DNA of 64,000 nt from the NCBI GenBank assembly GCA_963823665.1, contig CAWGMQ010000007.1:960001-1024000 (forward strand), read 5' to 3'. The notes under the pieces were generated by a model. That model did not search any database and had not been told where the DNA came from. It saw only the letters and a list, made by a program, of their open reading frames with translations. The DNA is from an uncultured Planctomycetota bacterium (GTDB lineage: Bacteria; Planctomycetota; Planctomycetia; Isosphaerales; Isosphaeraceae). The translations under genes and the position numbers were made by a program. This document shows, in pieces, positions 8,146-20,408 of this stretch; positions within the stretch are counted from its first letter, which is position 1, and each line of letters begins with the position of its first letter.

Positions 8146-11100
8146 ATGGACCGTCGAGTGGCGGCATCGCGAGCGGAGCGGAGGCGCAGCTTTCGGAGGG
8201 TGCCGTCCTTCGAGCCCCTGGAAATGCGATGGTTGCGCGCGTCGATCGCGGCCTCGGCCGTTCCCGTCATGCCGCTGAGCGCGTCAGCCTGGACCTCGGT
8301 GGGACCGGCGCCGATCCTCGACGGCCAGGTCCCAGGCAACGGGCCGGTGACAGGGCGGATCCGAGCCGTGGTGCCGGACCCGGCCGACCCGAGCACCTTG
8401 TACATCGCGGCGGATGGCGGGGGCGTCTGGAAGTCCGCGGACGGCGGGACGAGCTGGACGCCCCTGACCGATCACGTCGATGACGGCAGCGGCAACCCTG
8501 TGAACCAGGCGATGGGGGCGCTGGCCGTTGCGAGGAGTAGCCTGCCCTCGACCGGGCCCGGCGGCGAGATCCTCTATGCCGGCCTCGAATCGGAAGACAC
8601 CCAGGGCGTCCTGGTCTCCTTCGATAGCGGCGCGAGCTGGACTCTGGAGAACGATGGCGGTGCGTTCGCTGGCTTGGGCGTCGATAAGCTCGTCGTCGAT
8701 CCGACCGATCCGACGGGTGAGACGGTCTACGCGATGATGAACAACCTGGATTTCAACGGGGTCGTCGGTGGCCAGCCGGGCATCTACAAGTCGTCCGACG
8801 GCGGCCGGACGTGGATCGATTCGGGCGCCGGCATCTCGACGGATGACACCTTCACCGACTTCGTCGTCGACCCCTCGAACGGCCTGGTCCTGTACGCGGC
8901 AGTCGGGCCCCCCATGTTCCAGCAGGGCGCGAGCGGGATATACAAGTCCCTCGACGGCGGCGGCACCTGGACCGAGCTGTCCGGCGGGGCCCCGAGCGGC
9001 GACGCGGCCGGGAACATCGCGATGGCGATTTCGCCGTCGGATCCGCAGACGCTCTTCGCCGTGAGCACCGACCCGACGACCGGCGCGTTCCGGGTCGTGC
9101 GGACCGCCGACGGCGGCACGGCCTGGACCGACGCGACCGGCAATGTGAAGTCCGCCGGGCCTCCGTACCTCATCGCCATCGACCCGACGAATCCGAGCGT
9201 CGTCTTCCTTTTCGGCGGGGGCCAATACGCCGGGGAGGCGACATACGACGCCGGTTACGACATGGAGACGACCGACGGCGGGGCGAGCTGGAATGACATC
9301 TCGATCGACCCGGCCGGGAACGGCCCGCACATCGATGACCATGCCTTTGCCTTCGACGCGAGCGGGGACTTGCTCATGGGCAATGACGGCGGCCTCTGGG
9401 AGCTCACCAAGCCGACGAGCCTGACGACCCAGCGCTGGATAGATCTCAACGGCAACCTCGACATCACCGAGTTCTACGGCGTGGCCCTCGACCCGACGGA
9501 CGCCGGCATCGCCTACGCCGGCTCGCAGGATCAGGGCATCGATAAGGTCCAAGCCGGCGTCGGCTGGGTCCAGCTCCAGCAGGGCGATGGCGGCTATGCA
9601 CGCGTCGATCCGTCCCACCCCGGGACCGTCTACATGGAGATCTATGGCATTGATCTCAAGCGCTCGGACGATGGCGGGCAGACCTTCACGGAGATTTCGC
9701 CCGGGTTCGACCTCCAACTGCTGTCCTGGGGCGATGGCTCGGGGGTGCCGACCACGGGCCAGAACCTCGTCATCGCTGGCACCGACAGCGACGGCCTGCT
9801 CCACATCCGGACTTTCGATTCCGCCCGCGTCCGAACCGACACCTACGAGGCACTGGAGGGCGGCACGCTCCATCTTGTGTCGGCCGACGCCTCGGGCAAT
9901 GTCCTGTCGGACGCGGCGGAGTCGAGCCTCTCCGCGGCCGCGACCGAGTCGATCACCGACCTCAAGCAGCAGCTACCCGGCTTGTTGCCCCCGCACGTCC
10001 TCACCCAGGCCGAGGACACGCAGGTCAACTTCGAGGCGACAACAATCACCGGTGAGACCCTCGGCGGCAAGTTCTTTATCCCCTTCGTCCTCAATCCGTC
10101 TGACCCCTCGGAGGTTCTCTACGGGACGGCAACGCTCTACCAGTCGACGGACAGGGGCCAGACGTGGACGAGCATCGGCGACTCCCGGGGCGTCGTTCAA
10201 CCCGTTCGCCGCGCCTATCGACGCGTTGGCCCTGTCGGGCACGGGGAGCGACACCACGATCTATGTCATGGCCGGAAACGACATCTACACCTCGAAGGAC
10301 GACGGGGCCACCTGGCAGGGTCGCGCGGTCCCGGGTTATAACAGCTTCCACTACGGCGACGCCTCGCTGGTGATCGACCCGACCAATCCGATGGTCGCCT
10401 ACGCCGTGAGGTACCAGTCCAATCCGGCCGGCACTGCGCCGATCGAGACCGGACACGTCTTCCGCACGGCCGATGGCGGTGGGACGTGGACAGACATCAC
10501 CGTCGACCTGCCCGATACTGCCGTCAACGCGATCGCCGTGAACGTCGTCGGGGGCACCACGCAGATCTGGGTCGGCACCAATCGGGGAGTCTATGCCTCG
10601 ACTGACCTGGGAGCGAGCTGGTCGACCTTTGGCGACGAGCTCCCCAACGCGACGGTGACGTCGCTCGAATACGTGGCGAGCTCGAACATCCTGCTAGCCG
10701 GCACGTACGGCCGGGGCGCCTGGGAGATCCTCGACCAGGGCGCTCTGCTCGTGCCCCCCGCGCCTCAGCTCGCGGCCGGGAGCGACACGGGCGTGAGTAG
10801 CACCGACGGGCTCACGCGGGACAATGGCTCCTCCTCCGCGCCAGTGACGTTTACCGTCAGCGGGGTCAGCCCGCTCAACGGCTTCGTTCAGCTCTATGAT
10901 GTCACCGATCCCGGAGGTCCCCTGCCGCTGGGCGGGCCGGAGCAGGCCATCGGCGGGATTGCCACGATCACCCTGGGCGGCGGCGGCGACCTCCCCCTGG
11001 CCGACGGCGTCCATCGAATCGCCGCGACGGCCGCGGTCACATCCGGCGGCGCTCCGAGTGCCGTCTCGGGATCGACCGCGGTCACGATCCAGACGAGCGT

Positions 11101-12084
11101 CCATATCGTCTCGACCACCCCGGCGGCCGGCTCGTCGGTCGCCGTACTGCCGGGCGGGCAGGTTACAATCCTGTTCGACCACACGCTCGCGAACCTGACT
11201 GACGGCGGAGGGGCGCTGGGACCGAATGATCCGAACGCCTTGACACTCACCACTGCCGGCGGCCAGGCGCTGGCGATCACCACGGTCTACCACGTCGACA
11301 CGGCGGATGGCACCTCCAGCATCGTGCTGACCCCTGTCTCGCCGCCCATGGCGGCCGTCGAGACCCTCCGAGTCACTCCGGGCGCGTTCACCGACCTGGC
11401 CGGGAATACCGTGAGCACCCGGGCGGCGGCCGGTTCACGTTCACCGTGACCGGCCCGAGCAACGCCCCCGTGGCGCTGAACCCGGTCCCGAACCAGACCG
11501 TGATGCCCGGTGGCCTGCTGCACGTCCAGTTCACCGCCAGCGACCCCGACATCGGGCGGACGCTGATCTACAGCCTGGGACCCGGCGCGCCTGTGGGTAC
11601 CTCGATCGACCCGAGTACGGGCCTGTTCACCTGGACTCCCGGCCCGGCCGAGGCTGGGCAGACCTATGACATCGCGGTGACCGTGGCGGTCCAAGGCGTG
11701 CCCGGAGTGAGCGACACACAACCCCTGATGGTCACCGTTCTGGCACCGCCGCAGGTCGAGAGGATCATGACCACGCAACGCCGTCGATCCGGGATCGATC
11801 AGGGAACGAGCGCGATCACCATCCTCTTTAACGAGCCGATGGCTCCATCGGCGGGGCTCGCGAGGTTCTATGCGGTCGAGACCCCGCGCAGGGTTCGCGT
11901 CGGCAAAAGAATTGCGACTCGCCTCGTTCCCGTCCGCTTCACCGCGAAATTGACCGCGGCAAACGGCGTCGCGCTGAGGCTCGCCAAGCCGTCGAAGGCC
12001 CACCTCGCGTTGATTGTCCGGGCCGGCGTCCGGGCTGCCAACGGCCTGACCATGGGCCAGGTGTTCAGCGAAAGCGTGCAGTGA
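8146..12084 (+). CDS. Large secreted BNR/Asp-box (VPS10/GH74-like) beta-propeller protein with Ig-like C-terminal domains (frameshifts near 10190 and 11420)
   Basis: Planctomycete leader RRVPSFEPLEMRWL; WTSVGPAPI...VTGRIRAV; many S.DGG.TW boxes; AGTYGRGAW; SDTGVSSTDGLT Big-like domain; FTASDPD..LIYSL..GAPVG.SIDPSTGLFTWTP putative Ig domain. Confidence 0.85.
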
Positions 12085-12257
12085 CCCGGCGAGAATGCCG
12101 CGAGGACCGAGACGTGCCGGAAGGCTGTAGTCGCAGGGCCACCTGATTTTGGGGGGGCGCTCGTCCTCCTTGCCCGACCCCGTCCGGAGCCGTAGACTCG
12201 ATCGGCCTTGACACTGCGACGCCTCGATCGATCCTCCGACGCACGGGCGGGATGGGC

Positions 12258-13452
12258 ATGGACCGGAAGATTCGGCGATTGTTTGCGCACGCTGTTGTGG
12301 TCGTGCTGAGTTGCGGGGTGATTGCGCGGCGAATCGGGCTTCTGCAAGAAAGTGGCCATTTTTCCGATCAATGCCAAACACAATCACGCCTCCTGCGTGG
12401 TGCAGACGAGGGATGGAAGCCTGCTGGCGGCGTGGTACGCGGGCAGCGGGGAGCGGACGGCGGATGACGTTGTCATCGAAGGAGCGTGGCTGCCGCGGGG
12501 CCAAGCTGCGTGGGGGCCGAAGTTCTTGATGGCCGATACGCCGGGTTATCCGGATTGCAATCCGGCGCTCTTCGCGGCGCCGGATCAATCGCTGTGGCTG
12601 TTCTGGCCGACGATTCTCGACCACCGGTGGGAGGGCGCGCTGCTCAAGTTTGCCCGCTGTGAGCAGCCGGTTGGTCCTCAATCGCCGATCAACTGGACGC
12701 GAAGTGGCGTGCTGCACGTGACTCCCAAGGGGTTTGCCGACGACATGAAGCGGGCGATCGCGAGCTTGAGCGCGGAGGAGACGGGGCGATATGGGGCCTA
12801 TTTGAAGCGCGAGGAGGACCGGTCGCGCGATGAGCTCTATCAGCGGCTGGGCTGGATGCCGCGGGTGCATCCGGTCGTGCTGCCTTCCGGGCGATGGATC
12901 CTGCCGCTTTACACGGACACGTTCTCAGCGTCGATCATGGCAATCTCCGACGATCGGGGGCAGACATGGGCAGCGAGCAAGCCGCTCTTCGGTTTCGGCA
13001 ATATTCAGCCGAGCCTGGTGCGCAAGAACGACGGAGAGCTGGTGGCGTTCATGCGGGACAATGGTCCGCACAAGAAGATCCGGTTGAGCAGCTCGCGCGA
13101 TGACGGTGTTTCGTGGACGCCGGTGGTCGATTCGCAGTTTCCCAACCCCGGTGCCGGCATCGAGGCGATCCGGCTGGCGAACGGGCACTGGGTTTTGATT
13201 TACAACGATTTGCCGCGTGGCAGGCACTCGCTGGCGGTCTCTGTTTCCGAGGATCAAGGGTTGACGTGGAAGGCGACGCGGCATCTCGAGCAGGTGGCGG
13301 CTGGGGGCGGGCAGTTTCACTATCCTTCGATCATCCAGGCGGCCGACGGGTCGATGCATGCGACGTATACGTACAGGATGACCGGGGAGGGGAGCACGAT
13401 CGAGCACGCTCACTTTGACGAGGCGTGGCTTCTCGCCGGCGATCAAAAATGA
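12258..13452 (+). CDS. Exported sialidase-like BNR_2 family protein (probable frameshift in the signal peptide near 12320)
   Basis: HNHASCVV...LLAAWYAGSGE..DDV, CNPALF, Asp boxes SDDRGQTW/SRDDGVSW/SEDQGLTW, FPNPGAG, HYPSIIQ. Confidence 0.88.
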
Positions 13453-14779
13453 CACAGGGAAGTGACGGCGGTGGGAGCCGTGCCGAAGCTCATGGTTCCA
13501 TCCGCGAGCGCCTCGGCTCGAACCGACATTATCCGTGGCTGGTAGTAGGGCTGCTCTGGTTTTGCGGGTTCTTCAACTACGCGGACCGGCAGGCGGTTTT
13601 CTCGGTTTTTCCGCTGATCAAGAAGGAGTTTCACCTCGACAACACGACCGTGAGCTTGCTCGGCTCGGCCTTCATGCTGGTTTACGCGGTCGCGTCGCCA
13701 TTCACGGGCTATGTGGTGGATCGCATTTCGCGCCGATGGTTGATCGCCTCGGGGCTTGCGCTCTGGAGTCTGATCTGCGCAGCGACGGCATTCTCGCGGA
13801 ACTTCGGCCAGCTTGTCTTCTTCCGCGCGGCCGAGGGTCTGGGCGAGTCGTTTTATTTTCCGGCGTCAATGTCGCTTCTGGCTGACTACCACAGCCGGCG
13901 CACGCGCTCTCGGGCGCTGGGCATCCATCAGACGAGCGTGTACCTCGGCACGGCGGGAGGAGCGGCACTTGCGGGCTTTCTCTCGAGGCGCCAAGGATGG
14001 CGGTCGCCGTTCTGGGTACTGGGGCTTACCGGGACGGTGTACGCCGCGTTTCTGATTCTGAGCCTGATCGAGCCAGTCCGCGGTCAGGCAGGAGGTGAAA
14101 CGGCTGAGGCAGATCCGCGGCAGCGCGAGGAAATGAGCCCGACGCGAGCGGTATCCGCGCCACTGAGTGCCAAGATTGCGCGGCTCATGAGCAACCGCGC
14201 GGCCGTTCTATTGTTTGCCGTGTTCGTCGGCGCGAACTTTGTGGCGGCGACCTTCCTCACGTGGCTCCCCACGTTCATTTTTGAGGCGTTTGATGTGGGA
14301 CTGCATAATGCCTCGTTCACATCGACGTTCTGGCCACTCGCGAGTCTGCCTGGCGCACTCCTTGGAGGGTTTGCGGCTGATCGGGCTGCGCGCGGAAGAG
14401 CGGAGGACGTATCCGCGTGCAGAGCCTGGGCCTTCTGCTGGCGGCTCCATTCGTTTTTCTGGCTGGTTGGTCGACGTCGGTGCCGTTCTTGATCGCCGGG
14501 TTGATTGGAGCTGGTCTTTGCAAGGGGATCTACGACTCGAACATCTTCGCGTCACTCTTCGACGTGGTTGCACCGGAGGATCGCGGCAGCGCGGCGGGGA
14601 TGATGAACTGCCTGGGATGGGTCGGCGGGCTCGCCGCCCCGTTTGTCGTCGGGTTTGCGTCGGACCGGCTTGGGCTTGGGGTGGTGATCGGATCGACTGC
14701 GGCCGTCTATTTGCTAGTGGGCTTGCTGGCACTCGTGGCGGCGCGACTGGCGGAGACGCGCGCGCACGAGCCGGCGTGA
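13449..14779 (+). CDS. MFS transporter (frameshift near 14395)
   Basis: NYADRQ, G..VDRISRR, RAAEGLGESFYFPA and multiple TM helices; ATGA overlap with the upstream gene. Confidence 0.9.
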
Positions 14780-14815
14780 CTCGTTGTTCCTTCTCACATT
14801 GCGGGGGCTTCGAAA

Positions 14816-16491
14816 GTGAAATCTGGGGCGGTCGAAAGCAAAGGTGCTTCCCGGGGCTACGCGTGGGCGGCCTCGGGCGATGTGAATGCGTTCTTCGGAC
14901 TGATGCTGGACAACATCGGCGTCATGATCCTGATGGGGAGCCTGCTGGTCGGGGCGTTCGGGATGCCCAGGGAGTTCGTGCTCACGCGGATGATCCCCGG
15001 CACGGCGGTCGGGGTGCTGGTCGGTGATTTGATTTACACGGCCATGGCGTTTCGTCTCGCCCGGAAGACGGGCGCAGGGACGTCACGGCGATGCCGCTTG
15101 GCCTTGATACCCCGAGCACGTTCGGCACGGTGTTCCTGATCATCGGTCCAGCTTACCAGAACGCGATCGGCCGCGGTCTCGACACTGAAAGTGCGGCACG
15201 ACATGCCTGGTTCTTGGGCATCACAATGTTACTTGCATCCGGAATCTTCAAAATCGCGTGTGCACCGTTTTCGGGTTGGATTCGGAGGAGTGTGCCGCGT
15301 GCGGGGTTGCTGGGTTCACTTGCGGCGATCGCGCTGGTATTGATCAGTTTCCTGCCGTTACTGCATATTGCGGCGCATCCGGTGGCTGGGATGGTGGCGC
15401 TGGGATTGATCCTTGCGACGCTGACGGCGAAGTGGCGGCTTCCGGGTAACTTTCCGGGTGCGCTCGCGTCGGTTGTGGTCGGGTGTGTCGTTTTTTACGG
15501 GCTTTACGCCGTCGGGTGGGGACCCGGTGCCGGGAGCGAGGGGGATGCACCGGCGTTGGCGATCCGGGCGGTATTGCCGATGCCGATCCAGGAATGGCTC
15601 GCGTGGTTTGGCGATGCGGGCCGCGATGCGCTGCGGTATCTGCCGGTGGCTATTCCACTTGCGCTGGCGACCGTGGTGGGGGGGATTGACTGCACGGAGA
15701 GTGCGGCGAGCGTGGGCGATGAGTATCCGACGGGGCAGATCATCGCGGCCGAGGGGTTCTCGACGCTCGTCGGGGGGCTGTTTGGCGGAGTGATCCAGTC
15801 GACGCCGTACATCGGTCATCCGGCTTACAAGGCGATGGGAGCACGATCGGCCTATACTCTGGCGACGGCGCTCTTCGTGGGGGCGGCGGGGATCTTCGGG
15901 TTTTTTGACTGGATCTTCTACTTCATTCCCGAGGCGGTCATTTTCCCGATCTTGATCTTCGTTGGCCTGGAGATCACCTCGCAGTCGTTTCACGCGACGC
16001 CGGTGCGGCACTATCCGGCTGTCGCGCTGGCATGCGTGCCGGCACTCGCGTATCTGGCGGTGCTTTCGTACAAGCAGCTTTTGCCGGAGCTGAAGCCGTT
16101 TACCGAACTTCAGCCGGCCACGCAGCACTGGATACAGACGGTGACGGTGCTGGCGGGCGGAGGGGGGTTCATCGTGACGAGTTTGTTGTGGGCGACTGCG
16201 CTCGTGCATATGATTGATGGGAGGATCCGGCCGCTGGTGACGACGCTATTGATCGCTGCCGTTTTCTCCTGGTTTGGCGTCATTCACTCGCCACTCCAGT
16301 CGAGCCCGATCAGTTCGCCGGGGGCGGTGATCCGGCAGCTCGAAGCGGAAGGGCGGGCCAAAATCACTTCCCAACAGACGCCGTATCAGTGGGCTGGCGC
16401 TTACGTGCTCACGGCGATCGCGCTGCTGGCGCTCCACCGATTCGGGAAACCGCCGGAGAGTGCGACGGCAGAGGCTTCGCACGCGGGTTAG
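14816..16491 (+). CDS. AzgA/NCS2-like permease (frameshift near 15075)
   Basis: GDVNAFFGLMLDN, TAMPLGLDTPS, VPRAGLLGSLA, ESAASVGDEY, TPYIGHPAYKAMGAR. Confidence 0.85.
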
Positions 16492-16762
16492 CGTAGGTGG
16501 ATCAGGCGTTCGAGAACGTCGCGTCCTACTGCTTTGGCACGAGTAAGATATGGACGGGACGATCGACTGGAATTAACCTAGTCACGAGAGACACGCCGGC
16601 CGCGGTTCGGGTGGTGATCGGCAAATGAACCCGGTGGTATGAAAATTGCTCTACAGCCGGGGAACCTACCCCGAAGTCATTCGGACCAGCCCGTCACATA
16701 CAGAATTCCGCGGCCCCGTTTGCTTTTATTTAGGCGTTCGCCCAGATTGAGACTCGCTCGAC

Positions 16763-18549
16763 ATGCGTAAGGGAATTGGGGTCAGTCCGGGGGTCGTGGT
16801 GGGTGTGGCCCATCGGGTTGAGTCAGTTTTTGGCGAGTTCGAACAGCAGACGCTGGAGAGTCCGGGTCTGATCGCGGATGAGGTCGAGCGGTTTGAGCGG
16901 CGCTCCTCGACGCGGGGACGATGTACGAAGCGCTGATTCAGAACGTCGCCGAGAAGGTGGGTGATTCGTCGGCCGAGATTTTCAAGAGTCACCTGCAAAT
17001 CGTCAATGATCCGTCGCTGCGCTCCAAGGTTCGTGGTCTGATCGAGAACCAGCGTTTGACGGCGCTATCGGCCCTGCAAGCGGTGATGAACGGCTTCGCA
17101 GCCCAGTTCGCGCAGATCAAGCAGGAGAATTTCCGCGAGCGGGTGAATGACATCCGGGATGTGATCTTGCAGATCGAATCGCACCTGCGCATGCACAACG
17201 TCGCTCCGGCCGACTTTGCGGGCGCCTCGCGCAACGGGTCGGGGAACGGCAACGGTGATGAATGCATCATCCTGGTGGCGCGAGAGATTCTGCCGACCCA
17301 GGCCTTGAGCATGGGCGACTTGCCGATCGCCGGGATCGTGACGGAGCTGGGGGGCGGCACCAGCCACGCCGCGATCCTGGCGCGGAGCCGCGGCATTCCG
17401 GCGGTCTCGGGGCTCGAGGGAATCATGTCGGAGGTCGAGACCGGCGACATGATGGTCGTCGACGGCCGGGACGGGATGGTCATCGTGCGGCCGGACAAGG
17501 AAGCCACCTCGGCCTGGCGGAAAGTGCAGCGGGAGTTCTTCAACTTCAAGGACCGGCTGTTTGCGAACCGGGACCTGCCCGCTCGCAGCGCCGACGGCAC
17601 GCAGGTCGAGCTGCTGGCCAACATCAACAACCTGGCCGACGCCCAGTCGGCGACCAAGGTCGGCGCGACGGGCGTGGGCCTGTTCCGCACCGAATACCTG
17701 TTCATGACCCATCACGACGTGCCGGGCGAGGAGGAGCAGTACGAGTATTATCGACAGATCATCATGAACTCACCTGGTCAGTCGGTCACGATCCGGACGC
17801 TGGACCTGGGTGGCGACAAAACGGTGCCTTATCTGGGGCGCCGGGGTGAGGCCAACCCGTTCATGGGCTGGCGGTCGACGCGGATCTTCTTCGAGAACTC
17901 CAAGCTCTTCGTCACCCAGATCAGGGCGATTCTACGGGCCGGACGTCATGGGAAGGTTTCCATGCTCTTTCCCATGATCACGTCTCTCGAGGAATTGCTG
18001 TTCATCAACAACCTGGTGCAGGAGACGCGGAGCAACCTGCTGCGCGAGGGGATTCCTTTCGGCGAGGATGTGAAGCGAGGGATGATGGTCGAGGTTCCCG
18101 CGGCGGCTGTGTGTATTGATTCCTTCCTGCGCGAGACCGACTTCATCTCGATCGGATCGAACGATTTGATTCAGTACCTGGTTGCCGCGGACCGAGACAA
18201 TCCCAAGGTTGCGCATCTGTGTGAATCGCTGGCGCCGGCGATCTTCCGGGTGCTGCGCATCGTGCTCGACGCCTGCCAGAGGACCGGCACGCCGGTCACG
18301 CTTTGCGGCGAGATGGCCGGTCAACCGCGCGCCGTGCTGGTGCTCTTCGGCATGGGGCTGCGGCGGTTCAGCATGAGCCCGGCGTTCATTCCGACGGTCA
18401 AGGAGCTGCTATCGTCGGTGACCACGGCACAGGCCGAGCGGTTTGCCCATCACGTGCTGCAGCTCAGCACCAACGAGGAGATCCGCTCGTATCTGACGGC
18501 GCGGCTGCACGAGGTGTCGAGCGCGCTCGAGGTGTTTGACACGAACTGA
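16763..18549 (+). CDS. ptsI: Phosphoenolpyruvate-protein phosphotransferase (PTS enzyme I); frameshift near 16900
   Basis: MRKGIGVSPG start; GGTSHAAILARSRGIPAV (phospho-His), GVGLFRTEYLF, IRTLDLGGDK, EANPFMGWRS, SIGSNDLIQY, LCGEMAG. Confidence 0.95.
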
Positions 18550-18562
18550 GTTCTGAACTGGT

Positions 18563-19686
18563 TCATTTCGGCCGGGCGGGTTTTGTCTGGGCGACCCGTC
18601 GCTGCAAGAGCTGGCAGAGGTTCTCGATTTTCTCGAGTTTTTCCGGGTCGTCGAAGATGGATGCAGCCCGGCGCTTGAGGTCCTGGATGTTCCAGTCGCT
18701 CGAGTCGTCGAGTGCGTTGTTGGCTTCGCTCAAGCTGGGCTGGAACCGGTAGTACAGGTAGGGATGCTTCACGACGTGCGTGAGCTGGCGCATGTGGCCG
18801 TCGACGGTATCGCTCGAGCCGTCGTAGGCGATATCGATCAGCGGGCGGGCCCAGTGCAGGCTTCCCCAGCGCCTGGCGTCTTCGTAGCGGATGCGGACAT
18901 TGAGCTCGCCGGTTCCCAGGGAGAGGACGACGTATTCCAGCGGTTCGCACGGGTCGCCATCCGCCGCGCGGACCTCGACGGGCCGCTCGCTTTGCCTGGA
19001 GCTGCCGGGAGACACGTCGGTCGAGGGCATATCGCCGGGAAGGTTCTGCATGCTGACGGCCTCGGCGTAGGCGCAAAGTGTCGGGTTGTTCACGAAAATG
19101 CCGGCGTCGATGAGTGTGAGCGGCGGCAGGTTGGACCGGCGGGCGCGCTTGATCTGAAACGGGGAAAAATAGGTGGGCGCAGCGGACGTGCAACGCGCGA
19201 CTTCCCACATTCGAGGGTTGAACCGGCTGGTTTTCTTGCGCGTGCCTTTCGTCGGGTGAAGAAGAAAGGGCGGCACGACTCGATTTCGTAGCTGGTGATC
19301 AGGACTTCGGTCAGGGCATCGCTCAGCCGAGTGTCTTCGCCCATGTACCGCTTGAGGATTTTCTCGAAGCGCTCGGACGGGTATTTCTCTTCGAGCAGGC
19401 CGTGCAGCGACGTGATGTTCTGCCAGAATGAATGAAAGACCTCCTTGCCGTCCTTCTCGTAGAAGGAGACGAGCTGAGAGGCCCTGTACTTGGGCCGTTC
19501 GACGTCGATGCTCTGGGGAATGGTGAGGCCTAGCGCCAGGACACCGCCGGTTGACGTGCCCGCGATCAGGTCGAACATCTGCGCGATTCGGTGGCCGGTG
19601 CGGCGCTCGATTTCGGCGAGAATCATGGCGGGGATGATCCCGCGGATTCCACCGCCGTCGATGGAGAGGATGGTGAATAGGGGCAT
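18563..19686 (-). CDS. Patatin-like phospholipase (frameshift near 19250)
   Basis: ILSIDGGGIRG, AGTSTGG, TSAAPTYF, LIDAGIFVNNP, VLSLGTG. Confidence 0.93.
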
Positions 19687-19689
19687 TGA

Positions 19690-19717
19690 TTAGTTGTCAG
19701 TTGTTAGTTGTTAGTTG
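19690..19717. repeat. 7-bp tandem repeats (TTAGTTG-like x4) just upstream of the patatin start
   Basis: TTAGTTG TCAGTTG TTAGTTG TTAGTTG. Confidence 0.7.
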
Positions 19718-19845
19718 CTGGTCGATCGTGCTCGCGCGGCTTCAATTGGGTGGTGGTGATCGTGTGCGGGGTCGAACCGAATCTAGTGCTCGTGGGGGAG
19801 AGAAGCAATAATGCGGGAGGGGTTGCGCGTCAGATGGAGGCAGTG

Positions 19846-20408
19846 ATGAACGCAAGAGCTTGCTGGAATGGGTGTGACATTGTCGTCGAAGCGGGTGATA
19901 TTACCAAGCTCGACACGGATGCGATCGTCAACGCGGCAAATTCCGGGTTGTGGGCTGGTGGCGGGGTGTGTGGGGCGATTCATCGCGCGGCGGGGCCGGC
20001 ACTTGGGGAAGCGTGCAAGCACGTCGTGGCGGAACAGGGACCTGTCAGGGTGGGGCAGGCGGCGATCACGCCTGGAGGTGGCCTTCGGGCCAGGTATGTG
20101 ATTCATGCGGTGGGGCCGGTGTATGGTGAGAATCCGGCGAAGGCGCCGGAGCTGCTGGCGTCGGCTTATGTGAATTCGTTGCGGCTGCGCGCGAGAATGG
20201 GCTTTCCAGCATCGCCTTTCCGTGCATCAGCACGGGGATCTTCGGCTATCCGGCGGACGAAGCGTGCGAGGTGGTGATCGATGCTGTGCGGCGCGATCTG
20301 GAAAAGCACGGGGGGCTCAAGACGGTTGTGTTTTGTGTTTTTGGGAAGGGGGATCTTGAGCGGTATGAGCAGGCGCTGGGGCGGGGGCCTTCGCCAGACC
20401 CAGCATGA
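19846..20408 (+). CDS. Macro-domain protein (MacroD/YmdB-like ADP-ribose hydrolase); frameshift near 20190
   Basis: GDITKLDTDAIVNAANSGLWAGGGVCGAIHRAAG, VIHAVGPVY, and in the shifted frame SIAFPCISTGIFGYP; GGAGG RBS. Confidence 0.92.

Noticed and set aside
16492..16762. Riboswitch, tRNA or other ncRNA upstream of ptsI
   Set aside because: No recognisable consensus; no tRNA or rRNA was seen anywhere in the window.
18563..19686. CBASS CapV effector
   Set aside because: No CD-NTase or cap2/cap3 nearby.
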